DNA of 64,000 nt from the NCBI GenBank assembly GCA_037447605.1, contig CM074805.1, positions 62,001-126,000 on the forward strand. Reading direction: 5' to 3'. Of this stretch, positions 45,101-58,379 are shown piece after piece (position 1 is the first letter of the stretch; each line of letters starts with the position of its first letter). The stretch comes from Zygnema circumcarinatum SAG 698-1b (Eukaryota; Plantae; Zygnematophyceae). The notes beneath the pieces were generated by a model that had not been told where the DNA came from, did no database searches, and saw nothing but the letters and a program-made list of their open reading frames with translations. The position numbers were made by a program, and so were the translations under genes.

Positions 45101-47852
45101 ACCGCATTGAGAACAGCGGGCGTGAGCACACTTCTCCTTGAAACAGAACTTGACATTGTGACGCTTCTCCTTTTTGATTCTTTCCATTGCTGGAGCTTCG
45201 CTGCCATGTCCACTGCAAGCAAATCGTCGGCATCTTTGTCATTCGGAGCAAATCTGTTCACTACTTGACGTGACTTGGATGCCAGCTCGAGGGTGTAGAG
45301 AGCCTCCTGATACACTCCCGGATTCTGCTCCACCCAAACAGCAACGAAATGTTAGTCACACGTTAGCCCTCCCCTCCCCCTCCCCCTCCCCCTCCCCCTC
45401 CCCCTCCCCCTCCCCCTCCCCCTCCCCCTCCCCCTCCCCCTCCCCCTCCCCCTCCCCCTCCCCCTCCCCCTCCCCCTCCCCCTCCCCCTCTCCCTCGCCC
45501 TCGCCCTCGCCCTCGCCCTCTCCCTCCCCCTCCCCCTCCCCCTCCCCCTCCCCCTCCCCCTCAGGCTGAGGCAGCGCAAGACCAGGCAGGCGATCATGAC
45601 GGAGCAGCTGTTGCCCCCGAGCGAGTCCTGCAGCAGCCGCGTGAGCTTGCTGTCGCGGTACGGCACGTGCGAGGGCGCGCCGTTGAGCGCGTGGATGACC
45701 TTGGAGAGGGCGAACAGCGACTTGTTGATGCAGCTGCTCTCCGTCATGCGCACCCCGCCGTTGCCCGTCTTCCGGTTGTCTTCGTTGCCTGTCACAACAA
45801 ACCAAAAATGCACCACTTTCAGCATAAGCCAGACTGACCACAACTCACAACTCAAAACTGCATTCTTTCAAAACTCTGACTAACTCGCAGATCAATATAA
45901 GTCAGTGCTTCCCGCCGAGGCTGAACGAGTCTCTGCAGCGGCAAACCCAATGCACCGCACGCATTCCAGTCTTCTCTACGAATTTGAGAAATGGAGAAAA
46001 AGGGCACCGCAGAATTGGCATGGCAAGTACCTGCTAAATCGACAAGGTGAAGCTTTCCATAATATCGTTTTTGAGGATTCTGAGGATCGGCACGCGAAAA
46101 TTCGATCAAAAGGACTCCGTGACTCCTGCTCGATCTGTCGTTAAGGCCAGTGGCTCCGGTGTGGCGTCTCTCACAGCCTTTGGCAAACACGCCTTTGAAA
46201 TCTTCCATACTCCGCACATCCACCTGCATGCAGATGAACGCTGTCAGCAACACGCTCAGCACATGTACGCTTAGAAGCCAACTCTACTTTCTCTGCTTCT
46301 CTTTCCCTTCTGACCTTTCCAGGCGTACAGGTATGGTAAGGCAGTTGGATCTCTCAGCATTACATCGCTGAATTCGATGGATACTAGTCTTAAATTTCAC
46401 GTCCAAGTCGCAGCAGTCACTTCACCCTTTCTAGCAATGCGGCGAGACCCATGGCAGACTGCCCGCAACACTGATCGATGAGTTTGTGCTTGCGAACAAG
46501 CTCGCTAGTTGCTGCATTTACATAGATAGCAGCTATAACTCAACTTTAACTGCTTGCAATGCAAAATCCTGCCTGGCTGGGAGATGTGACTTCCAGGTCG
46601 AGCAACCACAAAGCAGGTTCGAGCAAGTGGTGGTTGCAAGTGGTTGCAAGTCACCTGAGCGAGGTTCGGAAGGACGACTTTCCCATTCCCGTCCTCGAGG
46701 ACGGCGAGCTGCTTGGGCACGAGGAGGTCGTAGCAGCGGTCCATGTACACCTCCAGATACGACACCGCCATTTGGGCGCTGGCGAGGTCCGGCATCTTCT
46801 CGAGCATCCGCTTCACTGTCAGAGGCATCACGCCCTCCTCCAAACCGAAGCCCTGCAGGCCAAACAAGGCCTCACTTTTACAAGCTTGGTTAGAATTCAG
46901 CGTGCTTGAAGCGAGAGGTTGAGGCCGGGAACACCAGAAACAAGGTCTTGAGATGGAGGCTGTAGAGAAATTGTAAATTTTGTGGCACGCAGAGCTGTTA
47001 TATGGAATGTTTGTCTATTTGAAAATCTGGTAATGCAAAATAAAACAACCGAACTTAGCCAACGCATCCGCTTTTTGCCTCTGTTTTGGCAATGCCAAAC
47101 CAAAAGGCAATCGTCAAATCAGATGAAGCAAAGAAGCATATGGTGATCCCCATCCTCGTCAGTTCACCTGCATAGTGTGCGTTTTCCCACTCCCTGCAAA
47201 ACAAAAAAAAACACTATTAGTATGTTTAGCAGAGGCAAGGGGATACTGAGTGCAATGAAATTGAAGCAGTTTGGCGAGCGAGCAAGTTAGGTACCCGTGG
47301 CTCCGTATGCAAAAATAGTCGCGTTGTAGCCGGCGTAAACCGCCTGGAGCAGGGGTTCCACTTCCTTTGAAAAAATGGCATCTGTTGAGTCGGATGACTC
47401 GTAGCATCCGTCCAGCTCGAACGTCATGGCACTGCTTCTGCGAAATGCAGACAGAACGACAAAATTAAGCAAGAATCTGAGCAAGATAAATAAAAAATGC
47501 ACGAAGGATATAAAATGATGGGTAGTTTCCCTCTTTTTCCTAGCAAGGTCTAAGCTTTCGACTGGGGGGTGACGGACCTGTTCTCGCTATCTGTAACCGT
47601 GAGCTTGGCCACTCTGTGAGAGGCAGTCTTCTCGACTTGCAGGCAGGAAGGAGGCGCTGTCGCCTGCTCCTGCTGCTCTGACGCAAGGAAAGGTCTCACC
47701 CGCCCAACCACTCGCACCTTCTTATCTCCTCTGGTGGGCACTCTCGAAGGAGGCCCGAGCTCTTTCATACTCAGACTGCAGCGCAGGCCGCGTCCTTTCG
47801 ATCCTTTCAGGGAGGGGGTCATAGGGGAGGGCGCACTCTCCGCAGCCTCCAT
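42192..47852 (-). CDS. Kinesin-10 family (KIF22/Kid-like) motor with C-terminal helix-hairpin-helix
   Basis: [10 protein letters not shown]; [12 protein letters not shown]|SGKTHTMQ P-loop; [14 protein letters not shown]; NDRSSRSHG; KLHLVDLAG|NEDNR; [12 protein letters not shown]; [19 protein letters not shown]; L|NPGVYQE. Tail exons [16 protein letters not shown]|[28 protein letters not shown]. Last exon and stop are uncertain. Confidence 0.93.
45367..45562. repeat. (CCCCCT)n hexamer tract with (CGCCCT) interruptions in kinesin intron
   Basis: About 32 units, read as (GAGGGG)n on the transcript, inside intron 45582-45325. Confidence 0.95.
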
Positions 47853-48409
47853 TAGCAACAGCAGTATGAGAGAGAGGCAGGAGAGGGAGAAGGCGGTTAG
47901 AAGGCGCAGCAGACCCAAAGAAGAAAAGACAAAAACAAGCGAGGGAGGGAGAGAGAGCGAGAGCGAGAGCGAGAGCAAGAGCGAGGGAGAGAGAGAGCGA
48001 GAGAGAGGGGGGAGAGTGAGAGAGGGAGAGAGAGAGCGAGAGAGAGGGAGAGAGGGACAGCGAGTGGGAGAGAGCGAGCGCAGAGGAGCAGGAGGCGAGG
48101 GCCGGGCCGCTGCGAGTTTTGAAACGGTCTCCGCCCGCGAGGCGCGGGCCAGCGCCAACGGTCGGCCGGTCTAAGGCCGCGCTCCGTGCGGCCGCTCCGT
48201 TACGCCGTTCGTCGCGCCTCCAGCGGAACGGAGCACACATGGAAACGACTCGGCCCGTGTCCCCCCTCCTGGAAGGCCGCTGCGGAGCGCCCGTTCGTCC
48301 GGCAGCGGAAGCATGGCCATGGCGAAGGCAGGGGCGGGGCCTGGGGCGTGCTTGCCATGGGCGCGGCCAGAGAGCAGCTCCGTGCGCGTCCTGCTGCGTT
48401 CTAGCTGCC
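47853..48409. promoter_or_regulatory. Compact bidirectional promoter region (kinesin / HRD3-like)
   Basis: Head-to-head ATGs 557 bp apart, with a CpG-rich core and a GA-repeat tract. Confidence 0.6.
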
Positions 48410-51400
48410 ATGGAGGCTGCTAACACGCGGCGCTTGCGAGAAATGGAGAGGATCCTGCTCGTTGCCTTGCTTTTTTTCTGCCTTATTGGAGCAGGTGAGG
48501 ATGGTTAGGGAGGGTGCTGCAGGATATTGCCGGTATTATTGTTCTGGTGCTTGGTTGTAGCCTTTTACTATGGATTGCGGGTTGGAACGGTTCATTTCAG
48601 GAGAGAGCTGACAAAAAAGTAAAGAGTGGTTTTGCTGTTCTGTTTCGTTAATCTTGACTTGCAGCCGCAGCCAAACAAGCTGCACAGACATTTTCTTAAA
48701 TGGGATTTTCTTAAAGGAACATTTTGCACATGGATTGAAAGAGGGCATATGTGGATTTGGTCTGTGGTGAATGGACAGATGGTGCAATTGGGCAACGCCG
48801 GCACCAAGGACGGCAGAAAGCCGGAGATGGAACGACAGTGGGAATGCAAGGACAGCAGGAACGACCTGGCGTTGCTGAGCAGGCTCGTTCCGCTCAGGAG
48901 ACAGTCTTGGCGAAAGAGGACGATGGGGGAGCTTTGCAGGATGATTTGATTGGAAAAACTGCGAGTTATGAGCAGGGGAGAAATGGGGATGAATTCTCAG
49001 AAGGGGCATTTGAAGAGAAAGACAGCACTGGTTTTTTGAGAGGAGAGCATATACCCGAGGGAGAAGCTGTCAGTGGAGGCTCAGCAATAGAGTACCCGGA
49101 GCAGTCAACTGGATCTGTTGGGAAAAAAAGTCAAGGGCTGCAAGGAGGCAAGGACGAAAGGAGTGACAGTAAGGCTACGGACGCCAGCAAACAGCCTCTG
49201 AAGTCGGAAGTCAGCTCGGATGACCTCCTGGTTAAGCTTATGGAAATGCTGGTGCGCTCTCTGTTGTCCTTTTTGTATTCTATTTCCACGCAGCTTGTGT
49301 GAAAGTTACTACCGGTTTTTCTGCAACATCTTTATATATTCGACAGTCTGACAGCTATTTCAGTTCCAGCCTTGAAACTTGGATCAGTAGTGTCGAGGGA
49401 ATAAAGTGAAGCGGCGGATTACCTGTCTTCATGCTTGCAAATGTAGTGCATTCCCAGCTAGCGAAGTTGTTCTTTTCCAGTTCTTGAGGTCCTACCACTA
49501 CTTTGTACGAATTGATGACAGACTTCCTAGCATGCCGACCTAGGAAGGGGTTACTCTCCTAAAAATATCAGGAAAACACTGATTGCATAGGAAGTTTTCT
49601 GCTGCAGTTTGCTCGCAAGGCAGTTCGGAACACGGAGAGAGCAGTGAAGGGCTTGTCTGAATTAGCAGCCCAGCTGGGTCCTCCCCATCCGTTCTCTAAG
49701 GTTATGAGGCCTGCATCTTTTCCATCAGACGAGGAAGAGCTGCTTCCACCTGTCAAGTATGTGTATGGTCGCACGGCAGAGACACTGGAGTATTATGGGG
49801 AGGGAGCTGGTGCTCCAAGTCCAGAAGTCGAGTATTCCGGAGCCTACAGTGCTGTACAAACAGAGGCCTCGGCTAACGTCCAAGCAGCAGTGTCTGAGTC
49901 CGAGTCTGTTGACCCAGTCCCTGAAAGCATGGGAGTAGACGAGGCGCTGGACGGCAGTGGGAAAGGTCCAATGCGCAGACAGATGGCTGGGGTATCTCCT
50001 GCAGGGAATCTTGTTGATGATGAGCTGTCTGTTCTGGGGGAAGAGGTCGAAGGAATCATTAATGCAGGCAGTGACCTACATGCTAATAATGCTTTAGAAG
50101 AACTGGTCGTACCTTCCCAAGTTTCAATTTCTTCGGAGGCAGAGGAAGGTGCTATAAATCAAGATACAGAGGAAGCTTCTCCTGTTCTCGCAGGCGAGTC
50201 ACAGACGGTGAGGACTTCTGAGGTATTGGAGAGTCAAGATGTAACTGTCCTTGATGAGTATGAGGAAAGAAGCCAAGATCATTCAAAGGAGGAAGAAGAA
50301 ACAACGTCTGTCTCCGCTCCTCAGGAGCATGATGGTTGGACATATGCAGAAAATGGTTGGACTTATACTGGTGATCCAAAGGACGCTGTTGTGAAAACGG
50401 AGACGAGGGCTGCTGCAAGTGATGCAACGTTCCTCCTCAGCGTGTTGTCGGCGGCAGGCCTTTTGCCGAATGTACATCCTCCAAATGATACACGAGTAAT
50501 AACTTCCTCCCGCTCATAAATTGTTTTTTGAGATTGGACGGTGTCCTTGCATTCTTTTGCTGAACCATGTTCGTGTAAAATTTGGGGATATGATCATGCG
50601 TAAGAGTCCACGGCCTTAGAAGGCTCAAGGTGAGATCCTTATCGTGGGGTTCAGGGGCATGACTCTGGAAGCTCAAAGGTTGCGCAGAGCATGGATCCAT
50701 GACTTTACCCACTCGTATAGATATCCACAACCATACCCATACCATAACCATGAACTTGCAAGAAGATTTAGGGTTTCGATCTTTGCGGATGCAAAGGTCA
50801 TTCTTCGTTGGATTTAGAGTCTCGCTCATGCAGTCAGGGTGAATGGTTGACATAACTCTTGGGCTTATGGTTGGCCTTTATATCTTGGGCATGTCCAGGC
50901 CATTGAAGAGCTCTTCCGGGCTGCAGATTCAGGCTCATTGCAGGCCATCCTTGCTCTCGCTACGCGCTACTCTCTGGTGAGTTCCTTTGTTCTTGGCCCC
51001 CTTGTTCGGCAAGCAGTTTGGCATTCCTGCCGCCGACCATGGCAAACAGTGTCAGTGACATGTTTTAGGCTCATATCCACTCTTGAGGCTCGTTTTATTC
51101 AGGCATAGAAGATCATTGACACTGCCAATTGAAGGTGCTTCTGCGATTGAAGTGTGTGGTTTTATGCCTCTTTAATTGAAGTAAGAGTGGTTCAAGGTAA
51201 GGACAGGAGGCGATAGGGCAAGGCTGCGGAAATTGTTTCCTGAAAAAGGCACCTGCAAGTTAAAAGGACTGACGTCCTCTGGGTGATGCCAGGGCTACGG
51301 AGTGAAGAAGAGCTGCCGAGCTGCAAACTGGTATTACCGTGCAGTGGCCGACCATATACTGGCCTCGGCTGAACAGAGTGGTGATTTTCAGCTGCCCAAG

Positions 51401-53624
51401 CCATCTATTCGGTTGCGTGAGCGTCTCCGAGATGCAGCCTACATGGCCAGCGTTCTTGCTGAGGATGCGGCAGAGCAAGTAGGCCACTCGCAATGCTTCT
51501 TTGGCACCAAGTGCTCCTATTAAGAAACATTCACGAGTCTAATTGTGAATATCGCATGACCGTAATGGCGATTAGGGACATTGGGGAGATTTGGCGTTTT
51601 TCCCAGGCTGATCTCACAGCAGCGCAGCAACAAAGTCTGACATAGGCTCTTCCCCACCTTCGCGTTTTCAACATGAACTAGAACAGACTGTGGGCTGTTA
51701 ACAATGGCAAGATCATAATCTAGTCTGGCTCTGATTGCAGACTTGTAGCTATTAGGTAAACCACTCTACCTTCCCCAAGTAGGAGTGAATTTGAGCTTTC
51801 TCACATGTTCTGAAGGCTTGTTAAGGGCGCAGGTGGAGCTGGACGAAGACCAGGCCATGCATGGTGTGCCTGTTTACCAGCGACACGTGGGCTACCGTCG
51901 TCTGCTGGGGAGAGGTCTCGAACGAGACCCTGTGGGCGCTCTTCGCCATTTTCAGGATGCTGCAGCAGCAGGGGATGAGGTGGCAGCTTTCAATCTCGGA
52001 TACATGCACATGAAGGGGCTTTCAACGCCCGTCAACTACACAATCGCCGAGCGTCTGTTCAAGCAGGCAGCTGCGAGAAACCTTTCTGCTGCTTTGAATG
52101 GACTTGGGGTCCTGCACTTTAACGGCTGGGGTACAGCTGTCAATTTCACTCACGCCCGGCTGTACTTTCTCGAGGCCGCAGAAAGGAATGACGCTGACTC
52201 CCTCTACAATCTTGGGATAATCTACTACTATGGTTATGATGTGCCCAGGAACATCAGCACCGCTGTTTACTTCTTTGAAAAGGCAGCTGATGCGGGTCAC
52301 TGGCGTTCCCCTCATACGCTTGCAATCATACATTCGGAGATCAGTGGTCCCACTTATAACTGCTCCAAGGCAATCAGCCTTTTGCAGGTCTTTATTGCGG
52401 AAAGGGGCCTTTGGCCAGCTGAGGCGGATGAAGCTACACGGGCATATGATGATGGGGATTACTGGTCGGCCCTTTTCCGTTACTCTGTGATAGCGGAGGA
52501 GGGGAGTGTTGTGGGGATGGAAAATGCAGCTTACATGCTGAGACGAGGCGAAGGCTATACAGGTAGGACGCACACATAAGCATGGCATATTTTGCAGGGG
52601 CTGGGAATGTCAATTTGCCAGATCGTAATATAAAGGATACCTTTCCCGTAGCGCACGTTGTCGCTGCCATGTCCTTTCTGGTGCAGCCTTGTAAGTACGT
52701 TGTGACACGTGTAGGAAAACTACGAAAACTCGCTTCCGATAAATTTTGTCTCCTATGCCTGTATGCAGCGGCTTTGTCGAGCAGTATAGGTTGTGAAGCT
52801 TGAGTGTTGGTATGGAATCTGGATTCCTTATTATTCTTAATGCCTTTCTCGAGGCGGTGACTGCAGGTAGTGATCGCTACGACTTGGCCCTCAACCTTTT
52901 GCTAAGGGCTGTTCAGATGGGGAGTTCTCACTCGCTTATTGATGCTGGCGACCTCCACTATTTTGGGCGAGTTTCTAATGCGTCTGGAAAAGCAGCAGTC
53001 AGTTTTTATGAAAGAGCGGGGGTTGCCGGTGAGCCTGAGGGACTGTTTAGTCTCGCATTGCTGCATCAACACGGGATCCACCTCCCGCAAAACTTGACCT
53101 TGGCCCGAGAGCTTCTCCATGCATCCCTGAAACTCGGTTATGACGAAGAAGTTTTTCCGGTCTTGCTCGCCCTTTGGTGCCTAGAGGTCCACTCGCTGCT
53201 TCTCAAGCTTCAAGGCTGGACTTTCGGTGTGGTCCTGGGATTGAAGGCGCTTTGGACTGCCCTTGGCGTTTCCAAGTTTGCCAGCAAGCAAGGGTGGCTG
53301 CTGTCCATCCTGAGCGGCTGGGATTCCCTGCTGCTGCTGCTGCTTACCATTGCTCTCTCCATAGTGTACCAGATCCGACTGTTTAAAAACAGGGCTGCTG
53401 CAACGGCTCAACAGAACGAAACGACTGGCCAAATTGTGTCTCCAATCAGCCCCGATGCGGACCCCGTCGAATATTCTGGAGAAGAAAGAGCGGGAGAAGA
53501 TGAAACTGAGGGAGAGCAAGATGTTCTTCCTGAGGAAGGGGGGGTTCCAGAGTCGCTAACTATGCCTGCACAAACGGGTATCAATCAAGTCGAGCGGAGG
53601 AGAGGGTTTCATGTGGCATCATAA
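48410..53624 (+). CDS. HRD3: HRD3/SEL1L-like Sel1-repeat ERAD component, 7 exons, about 1077 aa
   Basis: Exons 48410-48494, 48779-49251, 49572-50495, 50899-50976, 51293-51478, 51833-52562, 52867-53624 join in frame (3234 nt). Signal peptide, Sel1 repeats (AAFNLGYMHMKG, ALNGLGVLHFNGWG, SLYNLGIIYYYG), NCSKAISLLQVFIAERG..AYDDGDYWSALFRYSVIAEEG, HLPQNLTLARELL, C-terminal TM segment. Confidence 0.88.
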
Positions 53625-54714
53625 CTACAAACGCTGGTTGCAGAAATTAGGTCTCTTAGCTCAAGGTGTATATATGGCTTGTTTGCTTACGGGTAGTCTA
53701 CTGAGTCTGCAGAGCTGCTTCTACCTCACCGGTTAGATCTGTCATCTCGCGCAGGTCCTGACGGCTGATCGAGGATTGAAATCATGCGGGAAGGCGGATT
53801 CGTTTGCTAGCTCAATTCCAATGCTGCTTTGCAACAGCTTGCAGTTCATTTTCGGGAGCATGCTGCCTCTTTTTGTGCCTCTCTTTCCGGTCCTTTCTAT
53901 TCATTTCTGACTTGTCAAACTGCATGTGAGGTTGAACAGAACTTTGCAGGCTTTTAGCAAGTTGTGCAGGATGCCATACTTATCTTGCTGCAGAATCTTG
54001 CTGCTGTGACGGACGAGGGGCAACCCCCATCATCATCATCATCATGTCATCGAAGAACAAACGCTGACATGAGGATCGAGTGGCATATCCGTTGACTTTA
54101 TTCTGTGGACAAGTCTTCCTACACAACACTAACACACCTTCCGAACAAGAGTGGTGGTGGCGACGGTCCTTTGAGGGCGTGACGCTGCCTGACCTCAGGA
54201 CTGAGTTACCGTCCAAGTTGCAGTTCATACAGCTGTCCCACCGCGGACCATTTTCAGTCGACCTTGGGCCCAGAGGTGGACTCGTTGCCAATGAAGCCTG
54301 TAGCTATTGCAGTTGTCACAACAGGCTTTGCGCCGTGCCCACTTTTTGCGGGCAGTCGGAGTACATTCCTCGGGCTATGGAGCACACCCATCCAGAATCA
54401 GCTGAATTGCATTACATTCCAGGCCAGGCCACTCCTCTTATAATGTGAAGCCTGCAGCGGTTGCGCTACGCTCACTATGTACACTGCCCGCCTATCGTAC
54501 AGTCCGCTGACTCATTTCAGGCCACAAGCCTTCATTAGGAGCTGCCTCCAAAAGCCTCAGTCTTGAAGGGCAGAGGCTTGCCGGTGGGCCGTCGCGGCAG
54601 CTTCATTTGAGAATCCACACAACAAAATGCAGTGCCTTCTCGTGGTGTCGACCTTGCGGTTCATGCGTTGACAGAGTCAAGCTGACGGTCAACAGCAATC
54701 GCAGTAACCTTCGG

Positions 54715-57700
54715 TTACCAGGTGTGAATGCCGGGGGTCACTTCAGGTTCGTGCCATGCAGATCCCTTCGGTGCATATCGCGAAGCATGAGCGAAGCCCC
54801 ACAACTGCAAGACATGGGCAGAGAAGGGGAGAGCCGTGAGCAAACGAGGAAAAAAACGAAGCGGGAACGCAGCTTGTGTGCGCTTCATATCTGAAATTGT
54901 TGACCAGCAGGAGTTGGGCAACCTGCAGGCCGGTTTAACAAGTTAGCTCAAGCAAGCAACTCCACAAAACCAAAGCTGCAGCTCTCTCCTCACTCTCACT
55001 CATCTACATTCCGACACAACTGGCCAACATGTCATGTTCAGTTTCGCTCACTGAAGCACAGGGGACTGCCACTCCTGACCTCCTCCGGAACTGCTTCCCT
55101 TGACCAATCCAGAGAGGCCCCTCACCTCAACCCTCTTCACCGTGAACTCCTCACTCTTTGCCAAACAGGGGCAGCCGAATGTTTCACAGCTGCCACTACT
55201 TCCATGGAGCCTGCACACCAACAAGGAATGCCACCGTTCAAGGACAGAGCAAGCGATGTCAAGATAGCAATAGTCCCTTGCTGAACCATGCGATCAACCC
55301 TATGCAGTACGGTCTGAAAAATCCAGCCATTGTCTATAGACTTTGGTTCCTGCAGCTCAAACTCGACGCATCTGCGGTCTATCATCCATCATTACGCATC
55401 TGACTAATGGTCTGCACAGAAGGAAGCATCACTCTGGAAGCTGATACAAAAACGTGCATCACTCTGGAAGCTGATGGCTTACAATTCCCCATCAACTCGA
55501 AGGGCGAAATGGCCACCTCCTCCGAACGCAAGTGCGTCATTCATGCACAGCACAAAGTACCGGTTCGCACCTGGCAGTGCCCTCCACAAAACAAGCTAAA
55601 TGCTGAACCCTTTTTTGAGGGCACACCTCATATTCCGCCATCCACTGCTGGACAGTGCAAAACATACTGTAATGCTCCATGCATCATCCATATATCCTTT
55701 GATGTATATACTAAGATATGGCAAATTAGTGCACTGATACGGACATATACCAGCAAACATGCAAGGAAGCGGAAGCAAGGCCTCCGTAGAGCAGCAAACG
55801 GAGGTTCAGACGGAATCTGGACAGGTACTACAAACCTTGCGAGTTGCCCACAAGGTCTTCCTATTCTTCAGAAGTCAGGAGAAACGGGAGAACACACTAT
55901 CTTCTCTTCTTGGCTCCTAGCACTGCACTGCATGCACTTTGCAGATTGTCTATGCGGATAGGGCAGTACCTGAAGCTCGAAAAAGCTGAAAGCTTCCAGA
56001 TACGTCGGTGAACACGAAAGACTCACTTGTGCCCTGCACTCAGTAAGGATACCAGAAGGAGTACACTGATCAGCAGCAATCGGTCGCACTATATCTCTGT
56101 CTAAGGCTTGATATGTACTGACCGCGCATGGTCCCTAAAAGCTAAGAATCTTACAGGCCTAAAAAGTCATCTGTGTTAAATTTTTCTTTGGCGCTTCACT
56201 AACATAAAAAGCCATCTCCATTGGCAAAGAAACCCCTAGTCACAGGCTACATCAGGCAGAAGTTCTTGAATCTCACTAGACGGTTTACAACGGAAACCAT
56301 GAAATAAAGCCTGCTATATGGATTGGAAATAAATCCATGGCAGGCTCTACACTACAGTGCCCAAGCTCACATAGGGTGCACAAACAGCCGGCTCACCTGA
56401 TACTTCTTTTTTGTAGAAGGCTGTAATGGTCCTGGCGATAGTCCCCCGAACACGGCTCCTTCCTTGTCTGACACCACCTGCCAGCCTCCGCCAAGGACTT
56501 CACTACGTCAGGCCACATAGTATGCATGAACACATAGCAACACTCACACGAGCCCAACCTGTCAGGTTCAGATTACAGCCAAATGTCAGCCCCAATCACA
56601 AGCATAGGCTGACAGGTAGTATGCAAACATATCAACGAGCATGACATGTTAAAAAACTCGACCTAGACCATTAATCATTTTAGCCAATCCAGTAAAGCTA
56701 ACGAATGCCATCAATGGCACTTTCCTCAACACTACACTCAGAGACCCATGTAGCATGCTGTGTGAGTGGTAACACAGAGCTAAGTAATCAGGTACAATGC
56801 GGACAGCTGAGCTCACCAGGAGGCAGGGTCCTTGTGCCAGCCCACTCCTTCTGTACAAGGTGAGAAGGGAAATGCCATGTTTCATTGTGCTGCAACACGT
56901 GACAGTGTAGAAAACATTGATTTAATTTGCTGCGTCTCCGCAAACGCCCGAAAAATCCCTGGGTTTCCACGATTATGGAACTTAGAATTAGGAACTCTCT
57001 ATGCTAAAAGCCAATAAAATTTCTGTGCATTGCAATTCACTGCTTTCATTCGTTTCATTTTGCAGAGTACCACATGACCTACCAATAGTTAAGAGGAATG
57101 AAACACTTCGTGTAGCTTTCCCACAAACGAGGAAAATGCAACTTTGCAAAACAGTGATTAAAGAAGCACTCACCTGTACAGCAACACCCACTCTCGGCCC
57201 CTCACCAGCGCCGGAAGAGCGTTATATATAACGTGTCGCATAGAGTCGCTAAGCAAAACTGATTCCTCGGACAAATCGGGAAGGCGGAATGGACTTTTTG
57301 GTGACTGTGGCGTTTTTGGCATTTCCAGCTCCCCCCCATCTTTGCCGCCATGTTGCGCGAAAGTATTCCATTCTCCCTCTAGCGACTCCTCGACCCCAGT
57401 CCCAAGATCTTTCCCTTCCTCTGCAAACAAACTCCCTGCTAAAGTACGCTTCACTAACCTACCCTCCTTCCCTTCCTCTCCTTCTTCTACCCAATCTCCC
57501 CGAGTGGCGGAGCTCGCTCCGACCCCGTCCTTCTTTCCCGCATCCCTTCCAAAAAGCCTTAAGCCTGTTCGAGTTCTCGACCGCGCGGAGCTTCCATCCC
57601 CGGCACCACCTGGTCGGCTTCTAGCGGACGCCTCCTCCTCGGTATCAGAGGCTTCATCTGACGAAGAGGTGTTCTCGCCATGACGAGTTCCGTGAGAGGA

Positions 57701-58379
57701 ATAGCTCAAGAGAGAGAGCAGGAAGGCGGTGAGGGAGGAGGTATCAGGCCCTTCAAATTCCTCCTCCTCGTCTACATCTGTAGAATTACCACTTTTTGTC
57801 CTTTGCAGTGCAGCACTCTTATTCATTTCTTGCATTTCCTGCAAAAAACGAAATCAAGAGGAGTCCCTTCAAGTCCCTTCAAGGTTGAACGAAAAGAGAT
57901 TTTCCTTTCAAGCACAGTTCGGAACCGACAGAACTACGCACGGCTACTAGCGGTGTTTGGTTTCATATGATGCAACAACGAACCGAGTATAACCTCGCGT
58001 TCTCAATACAAAAAAAAAACGGGGGGCGGGGGGGGGGGGGGGGGGGGGGNNNNNNNNNNGAGAAGGGGGGAAGGAAAGGGTGAAGGTGTCATAAACTGAA
58101 CAAAAAAACAATTTCTTCAAAGGTTTCAAAGGTTTTTTCAGACTTTGCTTCCACGATGAGAAATGGGAGGCAAGGACACGGTGGAAAGCTAGTCTGGGGG
58201 AAACAATGCCTTGATTGTGGAAGGTGTATTACCGCATCCTCCACTCCCCCGGAAGGCAGTGGTGGTACAGCAGCAGCCGCGCCCTCCTTTCCGCTCTTCT
58301 GCTCAGTACTGTACCAATATCGCCCTACTCGCTCCCCTACGGACTCTAATCCAAGCGACCGCAAAAAAGCCACCCGCAT
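54715..58379 (-). CDS. TLDc-domain (OXR1/NCOA7-like) protein, plant type
   Basis: Exon 1 58379-58233 (tentative). Exon 2 57838-57174 with GPDTSSLTAFLLSLL and LPALVRGREWVLLY. Then TMKHGISLLTLYRRS, VVSDKEGAVFGGL..KKKYQ, GTSESFVFT, GANRYFVLCMNDALAFGGGGHFALRVDGEL, HGSSGSCETFGCPCL, LWGFAHASRY. Confidence 0.93.

Noticed and set aside
55426-55475. 20-bp direct repeat GCATCACTCTGGAAGCTGAT x2 in a TLDc intron
   Set aside because: Simple local duplication with no TIRs or other structure.
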